Shown here: positions 38,081-48,411 of the stretch, in pieces | Position numbering within the stretch: position 1 is the stretch's first letter | Layout: the number at the start of each line of letters is the position of its first letter | Assembly (NCBI GenBank): GCA_016715625.1 | Contig: JADJZU010000001.1 | Coordinates: 74,872 to 138,871, forward strand | Length of the DNA stretch: 64,000 nucleotides | Source: Bacteroidota bacterium | GTDB taxonomy: Bacteria > Bacteroidota > Bacteroidia > Chitinophagales > LD1 | Direction of reading: 5' to 3' | Notes under the pieces: generated by a model | What the model was told of the DNA's origin: nothing | Databases searched by the model: none | What the model saw: only the letters and a program-made list of their open reading frames with translations | Position numbers and translations under genes: made by a program

Positions 38081-39313
38081 TTAGTTACCTGCGTATATTC
38101 TTTTTGTGGTTTGCGCTTCTCCATTTTTAACCGATACCAGATAGTATCCGTTCGGTTGGTTATCCAGTGCTATGACTGATTGTTGTTGACTGGTTACTGA
38201 TTGATGAACCGGCTGTCCAAGGAGGTTAAAAATCTCAACTTGTGCACCAGAAGAAATATCTTCGGTCATATTCACTTTTACGGTTTTTCCATAAGCGATT
38301 ACTGTTGCTGCTTCTTTTACGTCATCCTGGATGGCAGAGGCTCTGTCGGCTACCGTTACTGTTACGCTGGCATTATCTGAGCAACCAGCCTGGTTCGAAG
38401 CTCTCATACTTACGGTGTAAACTCCAGGTGTCAAATAAGAAAGAGATGGATTAGCTACACCAATGATTAATGTTCCATCACCAAAATCCCATTCAAATTG
38501 ATTAGAGTTGGTGGCCAGAGAATAAAAATTGATTTCTTCCATCGTTTCCACGCTGAATGCACTTGCATCAATGTCGGCTACCACATAGTTGCCACTTACA
38601 TGAAAGTCTTTGGTAGTAGTGTAAGAACCAAAAGCCATAACCAAATGGTAATCGCCCTCCGGAAGAGAATTGAAATTAAACTGTCCGGATACATTGGTAA
38701 ATGAACCTACAGGGTTGTTGAATGCATCATACAGATTTACAAGTGTCCAGCTCGCGCTGTTATCCAAATCAGCATTCACAATTCCATCGTTGTTTAGACA
38801 TCCTGAATTTTGTGAACTGAAAATAGCGGGACGTGTTACATGGATAAAGAAACGACCGGTCGTTGCATCATTATCGTTTAATGTTACCTGAGCACCACCC
38901 AATCGAAGGTCTGTAAAAGTACCGCTTTGGGTATCCTCAAGGCGAATAATAGAAGTGGGGTCAAAATTGTCTATTTGTGCGGCAGTAATCGTAAATGTGC
39001 CCGATGCATCTACATCGTATCCCAAGGCAACGATTTCTGTGCTCGATAGTGTACCAAACCCATTATTGCTGCATTGAATGTTGTCGGCAGTAACCGAAAA
39101 CAATTCCGGCTTGCCGGCTACACCGCTGAATATCTTTTGGGCATCCTCCTGAAAATTATATGCAGGTTGTATGGCCTGATCAAAGTAGATAGTGGTTTGA
39201 TCTATGTTTCCACTTGTTGCCTGAAGTTGAATTTTCAACGTCTTTTTGTCCTGTGTGGCAAACAGGTTTGCAGACAATGCTGCAAATAATAGTGTAGTGA
39301 TTAGGACTCTCAT
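38081..39313 (-). CDS. secreted PKD-domain protein with T9SS type A sorting domain
   Basis: ATG at 39313 gives the signal peptide MRVLITTLLFAALSANLFA. PKD-like FEWDFGDGTLIIG...GVYTVSMRASNQAGC. C-terminus EIFNLLGQPV...GYYLVSVKNGE... Confidence 0.75.
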   Translation of the reverse strand: MRVLITTLLFAALSANLFATQDKKTLKIQLQATSGNIDQTTIYFDQAIQPAYNFQEDAQKIFSGVAGKPELFSVTADNIQCSNNGFGTLSSTEIVALGYDVDASGTFTITAAQIDNFDPTSIIRLEDTQSGTFTDLRLGGAQVTLNDNDATTGRFFIHVTRPAIFSSQNSGCLNNDGIVNADLDNSASWTLVNLYDAFNNPVGSFTNVSGQFNFNSLPEGDYHLVMAFGSYTTTKDFHVSGNYVVADIDASAFSVETMEEINFYSLATNSNQFEWDFGDGTLIIGVANPSLSYLTPGVYTVSMRASNQAGCSDNASVTVTVADRASAIQDDVKEAATVIAYGKTVKVNMTEDISSGAQVEIFNLLGQPVHQSVTSQQQSVIALDNQPNGYYLVSVKNGEAQTTKRIYAGN

Positions 39314-39655
39314 AGTAACCGATTTTAGCTTGTTCGTTAATGTTCCTTCTTTCTCGGTTGTCCCAATTTGTCTTTTGCAGGTTCCAATTGCATCGGACAT
39401 TAGCCTTTACGGCAAGGACAATTCTTTTGTTTCAATTTATCTTTAAAAATTTCGAAGCTTCAGATAATGGAGTCCATAACAGGTGTAAAACCTGAATTGT
39501 TTACACACAAAACTGCAATCAACTTTTTCACATATTTTTACGTCTGATACATATGTATGTGTGTATTTTTTCGTTGGTGTAATCGTTGGCTTACTATTTT
39601 CATGACACAATAAGCTCAGCTCTCTGGCGAGCTTCCTCACTAATTAGTCCGACCT

Positions 39656-42244
39656 ATGGCCTATAAAAACTATAAATTCAAGACACTCCGTGTTTTCGCC
39701 TCCGATGAATGGTTGGCCAACAGAACACGCGAATACAGAACGGTATTTGACAAAAGTGAAACCACCTACATCAGTGCAGAGATTGCTTTTTACAATAAAC
39801 TGTTTGATGAGCAGGACTGGGAAACGACTGTTACACTTAAAGCTTTCTCCCATATTGATGGCATCAAAAAAGAACTGAGTTCACAAGATGAGAAACGTAA
39901 AATCAGACTGGACGAAAATGTTGTATATATCAACAAGGGCTGGGGCATGGCCACTCCGGGATCATTCTGGAATAAAGGAGAATATAGTTGGGAGGCCTAC
40001 ATTGACAATGAGCTTATTGGCACTAAAAGATTCTATGTTGAAGATATAGGAAAAGTATCACAGGATCATAACCCTTATTTTGACATTGAAAGCGTTCGCT
40101 TCTTTACTGGCGATTACAATGCAGTGAATGACGAAAACAAAATATACCTCAAAGTAATCAGCCGGAATGAAACGCAATATTTATATGCTGAATTCAAGAT
40201 TAGAAACAAGATAAACATTGACTGGAACTGCGAGATCTACTTTAACTGGTATAATGCCTCCGGATTGTTGAAAGCCCGCATTGAGCGATTCCGGAAGATT
40301 GAAGCAGGAAAAGAGGGTGAGACCTTCCTCTTTAACGAAGGCTGGGGAAACGACATTCCCGGCACCTGGAAAGACAGCAATTACCGTCTGGAGATTGTCT
40401 TTATGGATACGGTCATTGCCGTGCTTCACTTACCTACTGCCGAGGAAGAAGAAGAAGGCGATGTTGAGATAACCACACAAAGCGGAAATGTAGCCACGCT
40501 CACCTCCTCTCCTCCTGCGGCACCGGATGAGTCTTTGGATGCCAATGTGAAAAAACTGGACGAACTCATTGGCTTGGAGGAGTTAAAAAAGGAAGTGAAA
40601 AATCACATCGATTATCTCAACTTTCTCAAGCTACGGCAAGAAAGAGGATTCAAAGACTCTGAACGTATCAATCTCCACTCGGTGTTTACTGGAAATCCCG
40701 GCACAAGCAAAACTACAGTTGTAAAAATGCTCGGGCAGATTTATAAAAGTATGGGATTGCTTACCAAAGGTCATGTAAAAGAGGTAGACCGATCGCAGTT
40801 GATTGGCGAATACATCGGGCAAACTGCCCCTAAAGTGAAAAAGGCCATTGAAGAAGCTAAAGGCGGTATTCTATTTATTGATGAAGCTTACTCATTGGCA
40901 CGGGAGGCCGATGACTCTAAGGATTTTGGTAAAGAGGCCATTGAAGTACTGATTAAGGAAATGAGCGATGGCTCTCAGGATTTGGCCATCATGGTTGCAG
41001 GATATCCGCATGAAATGGAGGTATTTTTAAAATCGAATCCGGGCCTCAAGTCAAGGTTTTCCAACTATTTCCACTTTGAAGATTACTTGCCTGACGAGCT
41101 ACATGCCATTGCTGTAAAGTATTCTTTTCAAAAACACGTGCATCTGACCGAAGAAGCAAACGCCTTTCTGTCGGAACAATTGATGGAAGGATTCCGAAAC
41201 CGCGACAAAACGTTCGGCAATGCCAGATATGCCATTTCAATTTTGGATGAAGCAAAAATGAACCTGGGGCTTCGTCTGATGAAACGTGCCGACTTGCGTG
41301 AACTGGACGGCACCATGCTATCTACCATCGAAAAAGAAGATATAGAACTGGTATTTAAGCAAAGAGGCAAACGAAAATTCAACATCAATGTAAACGAAAA
41401 ACTGCTGCAAAGTGCACTTGATGAATTGAATGCACTGGTGGGCATCAGCAACATTAAAAATGAAGTAACCGAACTCATTAAGCTGGTTCGTTTTTATCAC
41501 GACATTGGCAAAGATGTTTTGAATAAATTTTCACTCCATACCGTATTCCTCGGCAACCCGGGAACCGGCAAAACTACTGTGGCGCGAATCATGGGCAAGA
41601 TTTTTAAAGCCCTCGGATTGCTGGAGCGAGGACAAATGGTGGAACTGGACAGACAGGGCCTGGTAGCAGGATATGTAGGACAAACAGCCATCAAAACAGA
41701 AGAACGAATTAAAGAAGCCAAGGGCGGTGTACTGTTTATTGATGAAGCATATGCCTTAGGCGAAGGCAACGATTTTGGTCGCGAAGCAATAGAAACTTTG
41801 CTAAAACGTATGGAAGACAGCCGTGGTGAGTTTGCTGTTATTGTTGCCGGTTATACAGAACCAATGAACCGCTTTCTGGAAAGCAACCCGGGTTTACGTT
41901 CTCGCTTTGACAGAACATTTACCTTTCACGACTACAACGAACAGGAACTTTTCAAAATTGCGCTGGCACTGCTCAAGCAGGAAAACATACGAATGGATAA
42001 TGAGGCCTATGATTACATGCAGAAATACATCAAATCCATCTTTGACTATCGCGATAAATACTTTGGTAATGCCCGCGAAATAAGAAAACTCATAGTGGAG
42101 GCAGTGCAAAACCAAAACCTTCGTTTAGCTTCTATGGCTAAAGATCAGCGCACCAAAGAGATGCTGGAAACAATGACGCTGGACGACCTGAAGGAGTTTA
42201 AGATAGCGGAAGGGAAACGCAGTAACCTGGGCTTTAAGTATTAA
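39656..42244 (+). CDS. tandem AAA+ ATPase of the CbxX/CfxQ-SpoVK type with duplicated N-terminal domain of unknown function
   Basis: 862 aa with no signal peptide. Two modules carry GNPGTSKTT / GNPGTGKTT, Walker B ILFIDEAY / VLFIDEAY, and SNPGL(K/R)SRF. Residues 9-130 and 141-260 are internal repeats (SET.Y..AE, DW, GWG...PG.W). An acidic linker EEEEEGD follows. Confidence 0.8.
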   Translation: MAYKNYKFKTLRVFASDEWLANRTREYRTVFDKSETTYISAEIAFYNKLFDEQDWETTVTLKAFSHIDGIKKELSSQDEKRKIRLDENVVYINKGWGMATPGSFWNKGEYSWEAYIDNELIGTKRFYVEDIGKVSQDHNPYFDIESVRFFTGDYNAVNDENKIYLKVISRNETQYLYAEFKIRNKINIDWNCEIYFNWYNASGLLKARIERFRKIEAGKEGETFLFNEGWGNDIPGTWKDSNYRLEIVFMDTVIAVLHLPTAEEEEEGDVEITTQSGNVATLTSSPPAAPDESLDANVKKLDELIGLEELKKEVKNHIDYLNFLKLRQERGFKDSERINLHSVFTGNPGTSKTTVVKMLGQIYKSMGLLTKGHVKEVDRSQLIGEYIGQTAPKVKKAIEEAKGGILFIDEAYSLAREADDSKDFGKEAIEVLIKEMSDGSQDLAIMVAGYPHEMEVFLKSNPGLKSRFSNYFHFEDYLPDELHAIAVKYSFQKHVHLTEEANAFLSEQLMEGFRNRDKTFGNARYAISILDEAKMNLGLRLMKRADLRELDGTMLSTIEKEDIELVFKQRGKRKFNINVNEKLLQSALDELNALVGISNIKNEVTELIKLVRFYHDIGKDVLNKFSLHTVFLGNPGTGKTTVARIMGKIFKALGLLERGQMVELDRQGLVAGYVGQTAIKTEERIKEAKGGVLFIDEAYALGEGNDFGREAIETLLKRMEDSRGEFAVIVAGYTEPMNRFLESNPGLRSRFDRTFTFHDYNEQELFKIALALLKQENIRMDNEAYDYMQKYIKSIFDYRDKYFGNAREIRKLIVEAVQNQNLRLASMAKDQRTKEMLETMTLDDLKEFKIAEGKRSNLGFKY

Positions 42245-42255
42245 TCATCGCACGC

Positions 42256-42723
42256 ATGAATCACAATTTGCAGCGATTTAATGTTAGAGTTTATGGCCTG
42301 CTCATAAATGACCGAGAGCAAATATTAGTGGCTGATGAAGTATTTAAAAATGGGAATCGCGCTACTAAATTTCCGGGAGGAGGGCTAGAGTTGGGTGAAG
42401 GAACCCGAGAAGGTCTTGCACGCGAGTTTAAGGAAGAGACCGGTATTGACGTAGCAATAAAAGAGCATTTTTATACGACCGATTTTTTTCAGAAATCCTA
42501 CTTTGACAACGAAAGCCAGATTATCAGCATTTACTATAAAGCAGAATCAGCTGATTGGAGACATATCACTATATCCGATAAAAAATTTGACTTTACCGTT
42601 AAAGTCGGAGAAGAAGCGGAGTCATTCCGCTGGGTAGCCATCCGTGATTTAGCTGAAGAAAAGGAAATCTCGCTTCCAATAGATCAAGTAGTGGTGGCAA
42701 AACTGATGAACGAATACAACTAG
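42256..42723 (+). CDS. NUDIX hydrolase
   Basis: Nudix box GGGLELGEGTREGLAREFKEETGI. It lies 11 nt downstream of the AAA+ gene on the same strand. Confidence 0.85.
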   Translation: MNHNLQRFNVRVYGLLINDREQILVADEVFKNGNRATKFPGGGLELGEGTREGLAREFKEETGIDVAIKEHFYTTDFFQKSYFDNESQIISIYYKAESADWRHITISDKKFDFTVKVGEEAESFRWVAIRDLAEEKEISLPIDQVVVAKLMNEYN

Positions 42724-42742
42724 ATTCTCTGACAAGTTCCAA

Positions 42743-43912
42743 TTAGCCGCGTTTGGCAATTTGCTTGTCGTGTCTTACTTCATCCATCTCAATCTTGCTG
42801 ATAATTTCGTGCATAATTTCCGTTGTGCCGGCACCCACGGTTAGCAAGCGTAAATCGCGAAAAGAACGAGCCACTCCATAGTCTTCCATATACCCCCATC
42901 CGCCATGTATCTGTAAAGCATCATTGGCTACATTAAATGCTTCCTCGCAAACATACGCTTTTGCAATAGAGATAATCTTGTAAGCTCCAGGACCATGCTC
43001 TATAAACTCGGATACTGCGCGGTAGGAAAGTGAACGACACGCTTCCACTTTAATTGCCATTTGGGCAATCTTATGACGCAAAACCTGAAACTTAGCAATT
43101 GGTCTGCCAAAGGCTTCGCGCTCGTGCATATACTGTTTTGCCCTATCGAGATTATTCTGTGCCGAAGCCGTGCCTGTAACCGAAGCGATGAGTCGCTCTT
43201 CCTGAAAATTGCTCATGATGTAATAAAACCCGAAATCCTTTTCACCCAGCAAAGCACTTTTGGGCACTTTGCAATTTTCAAAAAACAATTGTCCGGTATC
43301 ACTCGTGTGCATCCCTAACTTATTGGTAACAGGAACAGCGGAGAATCCCTCAGTATTTGTATCAAACAAAAGTAACGAAAGCTTGTGCCCCTCACCCGTG
43401 CGTACCGCCAATACAATAAAATCCGCCAGGGTGCCATTAGTGATAAACATCTTAGATCCATTTACCAGATAATAGTCGCCTTTATCTTCGGCAGTGGTTT
43501 TAATTCCACCTACATCGGAACCGGCACCTGGTTCGGTGATTCCTAATGCGGCTATTTTTTCGCCTTTCAGTGCTGGTTTCAAATAATTCTGTTTTTGCTC
43601 CTCGGTACCAATTGCGTTGATAACGGGAAGTGGCAAATACGTATGTGCATATAAGGACATAGCCAGACCTCCCACATTTGCTTTGGAAAGTTCCTCGCTC
43701 ACCACTACAGCTGCCCACATGTCCATACCACTACCGCCATAAGCCTCCGGAAATGAAACTCCGAAGAATCCCTCCTCTCCCATCTTCTTAAACACCTCCC
43801 GCTCGCAAATATTATTCTCCTCCCAGTATTTAACGTGGGGGGTAATTTCACGTTCTACAAATTTACGGAATGATTCGCGTAGCAGATTGTGCTCAGGTGT
43901 AAATGGATTCAT
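42743..43912 (-). CDS. acyl-CoA dehydrogenase
   Basis: ATG at 43912 (MNPFTPEH...). ACAD motifs GITEPGAGSD and QIHGGWGYM. About 389 aa. Confidence 0.88.
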   Translation of the reverse strand: MNPFTPEHNLLRESFRKFVEREITPHVKYWEENNICEREVFKKMGEEGFFGVSFPEAYGGSGMDMWAAVVVSEELSKANVGGLAMSLYAHTYLPLPVINAIGTEEQKQNYLKPALKGEKIAALGITEPGAGSDVGGIKTTAEDKGDYYLVNGSKMFITNGTLADFIVLAVRTGEGHKLSLLLFDTNTEGFSAVPVTNKLGMHTSDTGQLFFENCKVPKSALLGEKDFGFYYIMSNFQEERLIASVTGTASAQNNLDRAKQYMHEREAFGRPIAKFQVLRHKIAQMAIKVEACRSLSYRAVSEFIEHGPGAYKIISIAKAYVCEEAFNVANDALQIHGGWGYMEDYGVARSFRDLRLLTVGAGTTEIMHEIISKIEMDEVRHDKQIAKRG

Positions 43913-43943
43913 ATAAAGTAGGATTGATTTAGATTCCAAATGT

Positions 43944-43981
43944 AAAAACAAAACCGGCCCATCTTTAATGATGAGCCGGTT
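43944..43981 (-). terminator. rho-independent terminator downstream of metK
   Basis: 12-bp stem AACCGGCCCATC / GATGAGCCGGTT with one mismatch. On the minus strand it is followed by TTTGTTTTT. Confidence 0.6.
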
Positions 43982-44009
43982 AATTTTTTGTTGAAACGAT
44001 GATTATTGA

Positions 44010-45272
44010 TTAGGCTATTTTGAAGGCTTTCTTTACTTCAGCAATTGCATTGAGTTCTTCCCATGGGAACAACTTTACTTTTACTTTCAATTCATTTTTC
44101 TTGCCTTTGTTAAACACCTTTGTAACCTCTTTGCTTGGGCGACCCATATGGCCGTAACTTGCTGTTTCTTTATAGATAGGTGTGCGAAGGTTAAAACGCT
44201 TCTCAATAAAATAAGGGCGCAGGTCAAACTCTTTCATTTTTAAGATGCGAGCCGCTATTTCTCCGTCACTCAGGTTCACTTTTGAGGTGCCATAAGTATT
44301 CACAAAAAGACCCACAGGCTGTGCTACACCAATGGCATAAGCCACTTGCACCAACGCCTCGTCACAAACTCCGGCAGCTACCAGATGTTTGGCAATATGA
44401 CGCGTAGCATAAGCTGCTGAACGGTCTACTTTACTTGGGTCCTTACCGCTAAATGCACCACCACCATGTGCACCTTTTCCGCCATAGGTATCCACTATTA
44501 TTTTGCGACCAGTGAGGCCTGTATCCCCGTGCGGCCCTCCAATAACAAATTTACCAGTAGGATTTATGTGATACTTAATGGAGGACCCAAAAAGCGCCTG
44601 AACCCGCTTTGGAAGTTTTGCTTTCACCCGAGGAATAAGAATATTTATCACATCATCCTTAATCTTTTTCAGCATCACCGCGTCTTTATCAAAATCGTCA
44701 TGCTGTGTAGAAATAACGATAGCATCAATACGAATAGGTTTTTTATCGTCACCATATTCAATGGTCACTTGGCTCTTGGCATCCGGACGCAAGTATTTCA
44801 TCGTTTTTCCTTCTCTGCGAATGGCAGACAATTCGCGTAGCAAGGTATGCGCCAACTCAAGAGGCAAGGGCATGTAGTTATCTGTTTCCTTAGACGCATA
44901 ACCGAACATCATACCTTGGTCTCCGGCACCCTGCTCTTCAGGTTTTTTACGTTCCACTCCCTGATTAATATCCGAAGATTGTTCGTGAATAGCCGAAAGA
45001 ATGCCGCAAGAGTTAGCATCAAACATGTACTCTGCTTTAGTATAGCCTATTTCACGAATAACCTCGCGAGCTATCTCCTGCACATCCAGATAGGCACTGG
45101 ACTTAACCTCACCCGCCAATATAACCTGACCGGTAGTAACCAGCGTTTCACAGGCTACTTTTGAACTTGGGTCGTAGGCCAAGAAATAATCAATCAAATT
45201 GTCTGATACCTGGTCAGCTACTTTATCCGGATGACCTTCCAATACAGATTCTGAGGTAAAAAGATATGCCAT
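44010..45272 (-). CDS. metK: S-adenosylmethionine synthetase
   Basis: [12 protein letters not shown] and [19 protein letters not shown] motifs. 420 aa. Confidence 0.95.
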   Translation of the reverse strand: MAYLFTSESVLEGHPDKVADQVSDNLIDYFLAYDPSSKVACETLVTTGQVILAGEVKSSAYLDVQEIAREVIREIGYTKAEYMFDANSCGILSAIHEQSSDINQGVERKKPEEQGAGDQGMMFGYASKETDNYMPLPLELAHTLLRELSAIRREGKTMKYLRPDAKSQVTIEYGDDKKPIRIDAIVISTQHDDFDKDAVMLKKIKDDVINILIPRVKAKLPKRVQALFGSSIKYHINPTGKFVIGGPHGDTGLTGRKIIVDTYGGKGAHGGGAFSGKDPSKVDRSAAYATRHIAKHLVAAGVCDEALVQVAYAIGVAQPVGLFVNTYGTSKVNLSDGEIAARILKMKEFDLRPYFIEKRFNLRTPIYKETASYGHMGRPSKEVTKVFNKGKKNELKVKVKLFPWEELNAIAEVKKAFKIA

Positions 45273-45339
45273 TGTTTTGTAAATTTTGAGCGGTGAAACT
45301 AATTAATGAATCAAAGGCAACAACTACCCCCATGGCTTA

Positions 45340-45627
45340 TTATTCCACATCTTTTACACTCCATGCTTCGGGCTTGTCTGCAAACAAGATCTTCACAAAA
45401 TCCCAGGTATCAACAAACAAATCGGAATATCTGTATGCATTCAAATGCTCCACAGTATCCCACTTACTGTAAGTGAAAAAAATACATGCATTATCGATAT
45501 CCCGCAGCAAGGTAACACCCTTACAACCGTCAAATGCCGCTATTTGATGCTTCCTTTCATTATACTTGTTTAGAAAATCATCCACATATTCGGGAGCAAA
45601 GGTCATCTTTACAATTCTGGTAATCAT
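45340..45627 (-). CDS. antibiotic-biosynthesis-monooxygenase (ABM)-like small protein
   Basis: ATG at 45627 gives MITRIVKMTF..., about 95 aa, with ferredoxin-like ABM spacing (FTYSKWDTVEHLNAYRYSDLF). The upstream extension of the listed ORF looks non-coding. Confidence 0.55.
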   Translation of the reverse strand: MITRIVKMTFAPEYVDDFLNKYNERKHQIAAFDGCKGVTLLRDIDNACIFFTYSKWDTVEHLNAYRYSDLFVDTWDFVKILFADKPEAWSVKDVE

Positions 45628-45701
45628 GAGCGAAAAATATGAAAATGGATGATGCAATCCTGCCAAACGAAAAAACGAGTTTAAGTCGGCAAGAATGGGA
45701 A

Positions 45702-46280
45702 TTACCAAATTCTGCCAATTGTAGGCTGGCCTAAAACGGGGGTGCCGTCCACAAAGTATTTTATCTGGTCGCTCCCTTTAATGAACAGTTTGCCGTTTCT
45801 TACATCTACCCCTGCATGAGAGGACAATGCATCGGCCAGCGATTGTGTGGGTTGGTGATTATTGCTGTTCCTGAGTTTTATATCGGTGCCAGAAGCGGAA
45901 CTCATGGGATTAGGAAACACATTCAACTCCACCGACTCGGATAGGGAAGCATCGCTACTCACCGGGATATCAATTTCTGAGGTATAGTTATCGTAAACCT
46001 GCACCTTATTGATTACAAAGGTTCTTTGATTAAAAAAAATCCGCATCTGGTAGCGGCCGGTGGGCAGATGGTCGGCATAGTAATGGCCATTCTCATTGGC
46101 AACAATCACTACTTTATCCATCTTGTTTTCAAAGATAATTTCGGCAAATGGCACCGGCAGTCCGGTATGCTTATCTACTACCTGACCAATGAGCTGACCG
46201 GTAGACACAGCAGAAAGAGAATAAACGGTAAAGGTAAAACCAAGCAAAAGAAAAATCGTTTTCATAATCGTTTCTTTCAA
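45702..46280 (-). CDS. carboxypeptidase-regulatory-like domain protein with plug-like tail (TonB-dependent-receptor N-terminus without barrel)
   Basis: Signal peptide. GQVVDKHTGLPVPFAEIIF is CarboxypepD_reg-like. LADALSSHAGVDVRNGKLFIKGSDQIKYFVDGTPVLG resembles the start of a TBDR plug. Confidence 0.55.
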   Translation of the reverse strand: MKETIMKTIFLLLGFTFTVYSLSAVSTGQLIGQVVDKHTGLPVPFAEIIFENKMDKVVIVANENGHYYADHLPTGRYQMRIFFNQRTFVINKVQVYDNYTSEIDIPVSSDASLSESVELNVFPNPMSSASGTDIKLRNSNNHQPTQSLADALSSHAGVDVRNGKLFIKGSDQIKYFVDGTPVLGQPTIGRIW

Positions 46281-46361
46281 TGAAAATAGTGTTTTATTAC
46301 TTTACCATTCCAAAGTTTTTTTAGCCTATTACAGAACATTATTAAGCAATATGCACCAAAA

Positions 46362-46997
46362 ATGACCAAGTTTATTCCCATTTTTCCGTTGGACCTGGTG
46401 GTTTACCCCGGTCAAAAACTGAACCTGCACATTTTCGAGCCCAGATACAAAGAATTGATTCAAGAATGCATGGCCGAGAACAAACCATTTGGCATTCCAT
46501 CATCTCATAAAGGTGTATTGAACGAGTTTGGTACGGAAATGAAACTGAGTGAGATATCGCACACATACGCCAATGGCGAAATGGACATAAAAACCGAAGG
46601 ACAAAAGATTTTTAAGTTGATTGAGTTGATTCGTGAAGTGCCCGGCAAGCTGTATTCAGCTGCTATAGTTTATGAAGTGCCTCACCTGCCGTTCGATACG
46701 CAAATGCTCAACCCAACCATCATTGATTTAATGGCGGAGCTGCATAAAATTTTAGGGACCGGTTTTGAAGTTTTCAGTAAGTTCAAAAATCCCATGTCCT
46801 ACGATATTGTTCCATACATTGCTATGAGCCCCGAAGACCAATACCGTCTGTTGTCGGCAAGCAGCGAAAAGGCGAGGCAATATTTCATTATTCAGCATTT
46901 GCAGAAACTAATCCCTATGCTGGAGGCAGCGGAAACCACCAAATCTAAAGTGCAAATGAATGGGCACTTCAGGAGTGAAATACCCCCTACTTTTTAG
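46362..46997 (+). CDS. LON substrate-binding (N-terminal) domain protein
   Basis: IPIFPLDLVVYPGQKLNLHIFEPRYKELI is the Lon N-domain signature. 211 aa, stand-alone. Confidence 0.8.
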   Translation: MTKFIPIFPLDLVVYPGQKLNLHIFEPRYKELIQECMAENKPFGIPSSHKGVLNEFGTEMKLSEISHTYANGEMDIKTEGQKIFKLIELIREVPGKLYSAAIVYEVPHLPFDTQMLNPTIIDLMAELHKILGTGFEVFSKFKNPMSYDIVPYIAMSPEDQYRLLSASSEKARQYFIIQHLQKLIPMLEAAETTKSKVQMNGHFRSEIPPTF

Positions 46998-47122
46998 ATT
47001 AGCCTAAAATGAGAACTCGAAATTTTAACCAAAATGACACCACTATTTTTTGAAAAATGAATCAAAATGGATTTCATTTACGTTATACTTGTAGCCGCCA
47101 CATGAAACACGGTGTAGTTTAA

Positions 47123-47587
47123 ATGGAAAATTTTCTAAAGTCTGTTATTGTATTCTTTGGTTCCATCATAAAGTTCTCCATGGGCACTTTTACCGCAATG
47201 GAAGCGGAACTGGGTATTGGCGGTTCGCTTGCCAACATTATGGGTGGCATCCTAGGAATTGTGTTGTTCACCTACCTCGGAAGTTTCATACAAGATTATA
47301 TGGTTCGCACTTACCCCAATAAATTTGGTAAGAAGTTTACCCGTAGCAACCGTTTCCTGATTAAAGTAAAGCAACGATTTGGATTAGGTGGCATAGCAGC
47401 ACTCACTCCTATACTTTTATCCATTCCTGTCGGTGTATTTTTTGCATTGGCATTGACACATGACAAAAAGAAAATTTTGGTTTCGATGATTATGTCCATG
47501 CTTTTCTGGGCTACAGTTATCGCCTTACCTTACTACCTTTTCGATATCAGCATCATTCAGATGATTGCGAACCTCTTTGAAAAGTAG
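47123..47587 (+). CDS. hypothetical small membrane protein
   Basis: 154 aa with about 4 TM segments and no domain recognised. Confidence 0.5.
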   Translation: MENFLKSVIVFFGSIIKFSMGTFTAMEAELGIGGSLANIMGGILGIVLFTYLGSFIQDYMVRTYPNKFGKKFTRSNRFLIKVKQRFGLGGIAALTPILLSIPVGVFFALALTHDKKKILVSMIMSMLFWATVIALPYYLFDISIIQMIANLFEK

Positions 47588-48361
47588 TCAGTATCGGAGT
47601 GTAAAACTCTCTCTCTCTACGTTTTCTTTCCTAAATAAAACAATTCCGAATTGGTAAATTTCCAGCGTGAGCTTAACGTCTGAATGTTTTTTTATGTCCA
47701 TCCAAGCTTCGGTCATTTCTGCGCTCCAGTATATGTCGTCAAAAACAAGAACACTATTACTGTGAACATACGGAAGGAAAGATTCAAAGTAATTTAAGGT
47801 GGCCTGCTTGCTGTGATTGCTATCTATGAATGCAAGGTCAACTTGTTTTAAATCTGCTAACAATTCGGGTAGCGTGTTATTAATATTACCTTCCAAATAC
47901 GTTACATTACTAACGTTCAAAAACTGATGAAATAAACGGGCCTGCGCTGTCAGTTCCTTACTCCCTTCCAGCGTTATAACCTTAGCGGAATCATTCCCTA
48001 ATGCAAGATAGCCTGAGCTAATGCCAACAGAGGTGCCTAATTCAACTACATTTTCCGGCTTAAGGTACCTTGCCAATCTGAACAAAACTTCACCATATTT
48101 GGGCCTGACCGCCACTTGACTCTCCAACATAGATAACTTGCGCTGGTGACTCTTACCTGTTCCCAAATCCGTTTGATAAATAAAATCTTTGCTCTTAGCC
48201 AAAAACGACCTGCCTGCGTTAATTCTATCAATGGCTACATCTGGTTTGCGCTCCAATACGTTTAAGTAAAATTGATAAACAAACGGGGAGTGGATATAGT
48301 ATTTGGATTGCGCCACCCACAGATACCGAAAGAAATGCTTAATGCGATGAAAAATTTTCAC
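47588..48361 (-). CDS. class I SAM-dependent (O-)methyltransferase
   Basis: Motif I VVELGTSVGISSGYLA and the later acidic motif LAFIDSNH (family-3 O-MT-like). Confidence 0.7.
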   Translation of the reverse strand: MKIFHRIKHFFRYLWVAQSKYYIHSPFVYQFYLNVLERKPDVAIDRINAGRSFLAKSKDFIYQTDLGTGKSHQRKLSMLESQVAVRPKYGEVLFRLARYLKPENVVELGTSVGISSGYLALGNDSAKVITLEGSKELTAQARLFHQFLNVSNVTYLEGNINNTLPELLADLKQVDLAFIDSNHSKQATLNYFESFLPYVHSNSVLVFDDIYWSAEMTEAWMDIKKHSDVKLTLEIYQFGIVLFRKENVERESFTLRY

Positions 48362-48411
48362 TTTTATTTTACCTAAGTTTCGGATAATTGCAGCGTAAAT
48401 AAAGGGAAACC

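Noticed and set aside
39483-39506. An inverted repeat GTGTAAA-N10-TTTACAC upstream of the AAA+ gene could be an operator.
   Set aside because: The arms are only 7 bp, and such matches are expected by chance many times in 64 kb. There is no second copy or flanking regulator gene.
39443-39853. ORFs 39443-39640 (-) and 39644-39853 (-) lie in or near the 342-bp intergenic region.
   Set aside because: They have no motifs and odd composition. The second overlaps the well-supported start of the AAA+ gene.
45273-45339. There could be a SAM riboswitch upstream of metK.
   Set aside because: Only 67 nt of leader are available, and I could not find the conserved SAM-I helices. It cannot be supported by eye.
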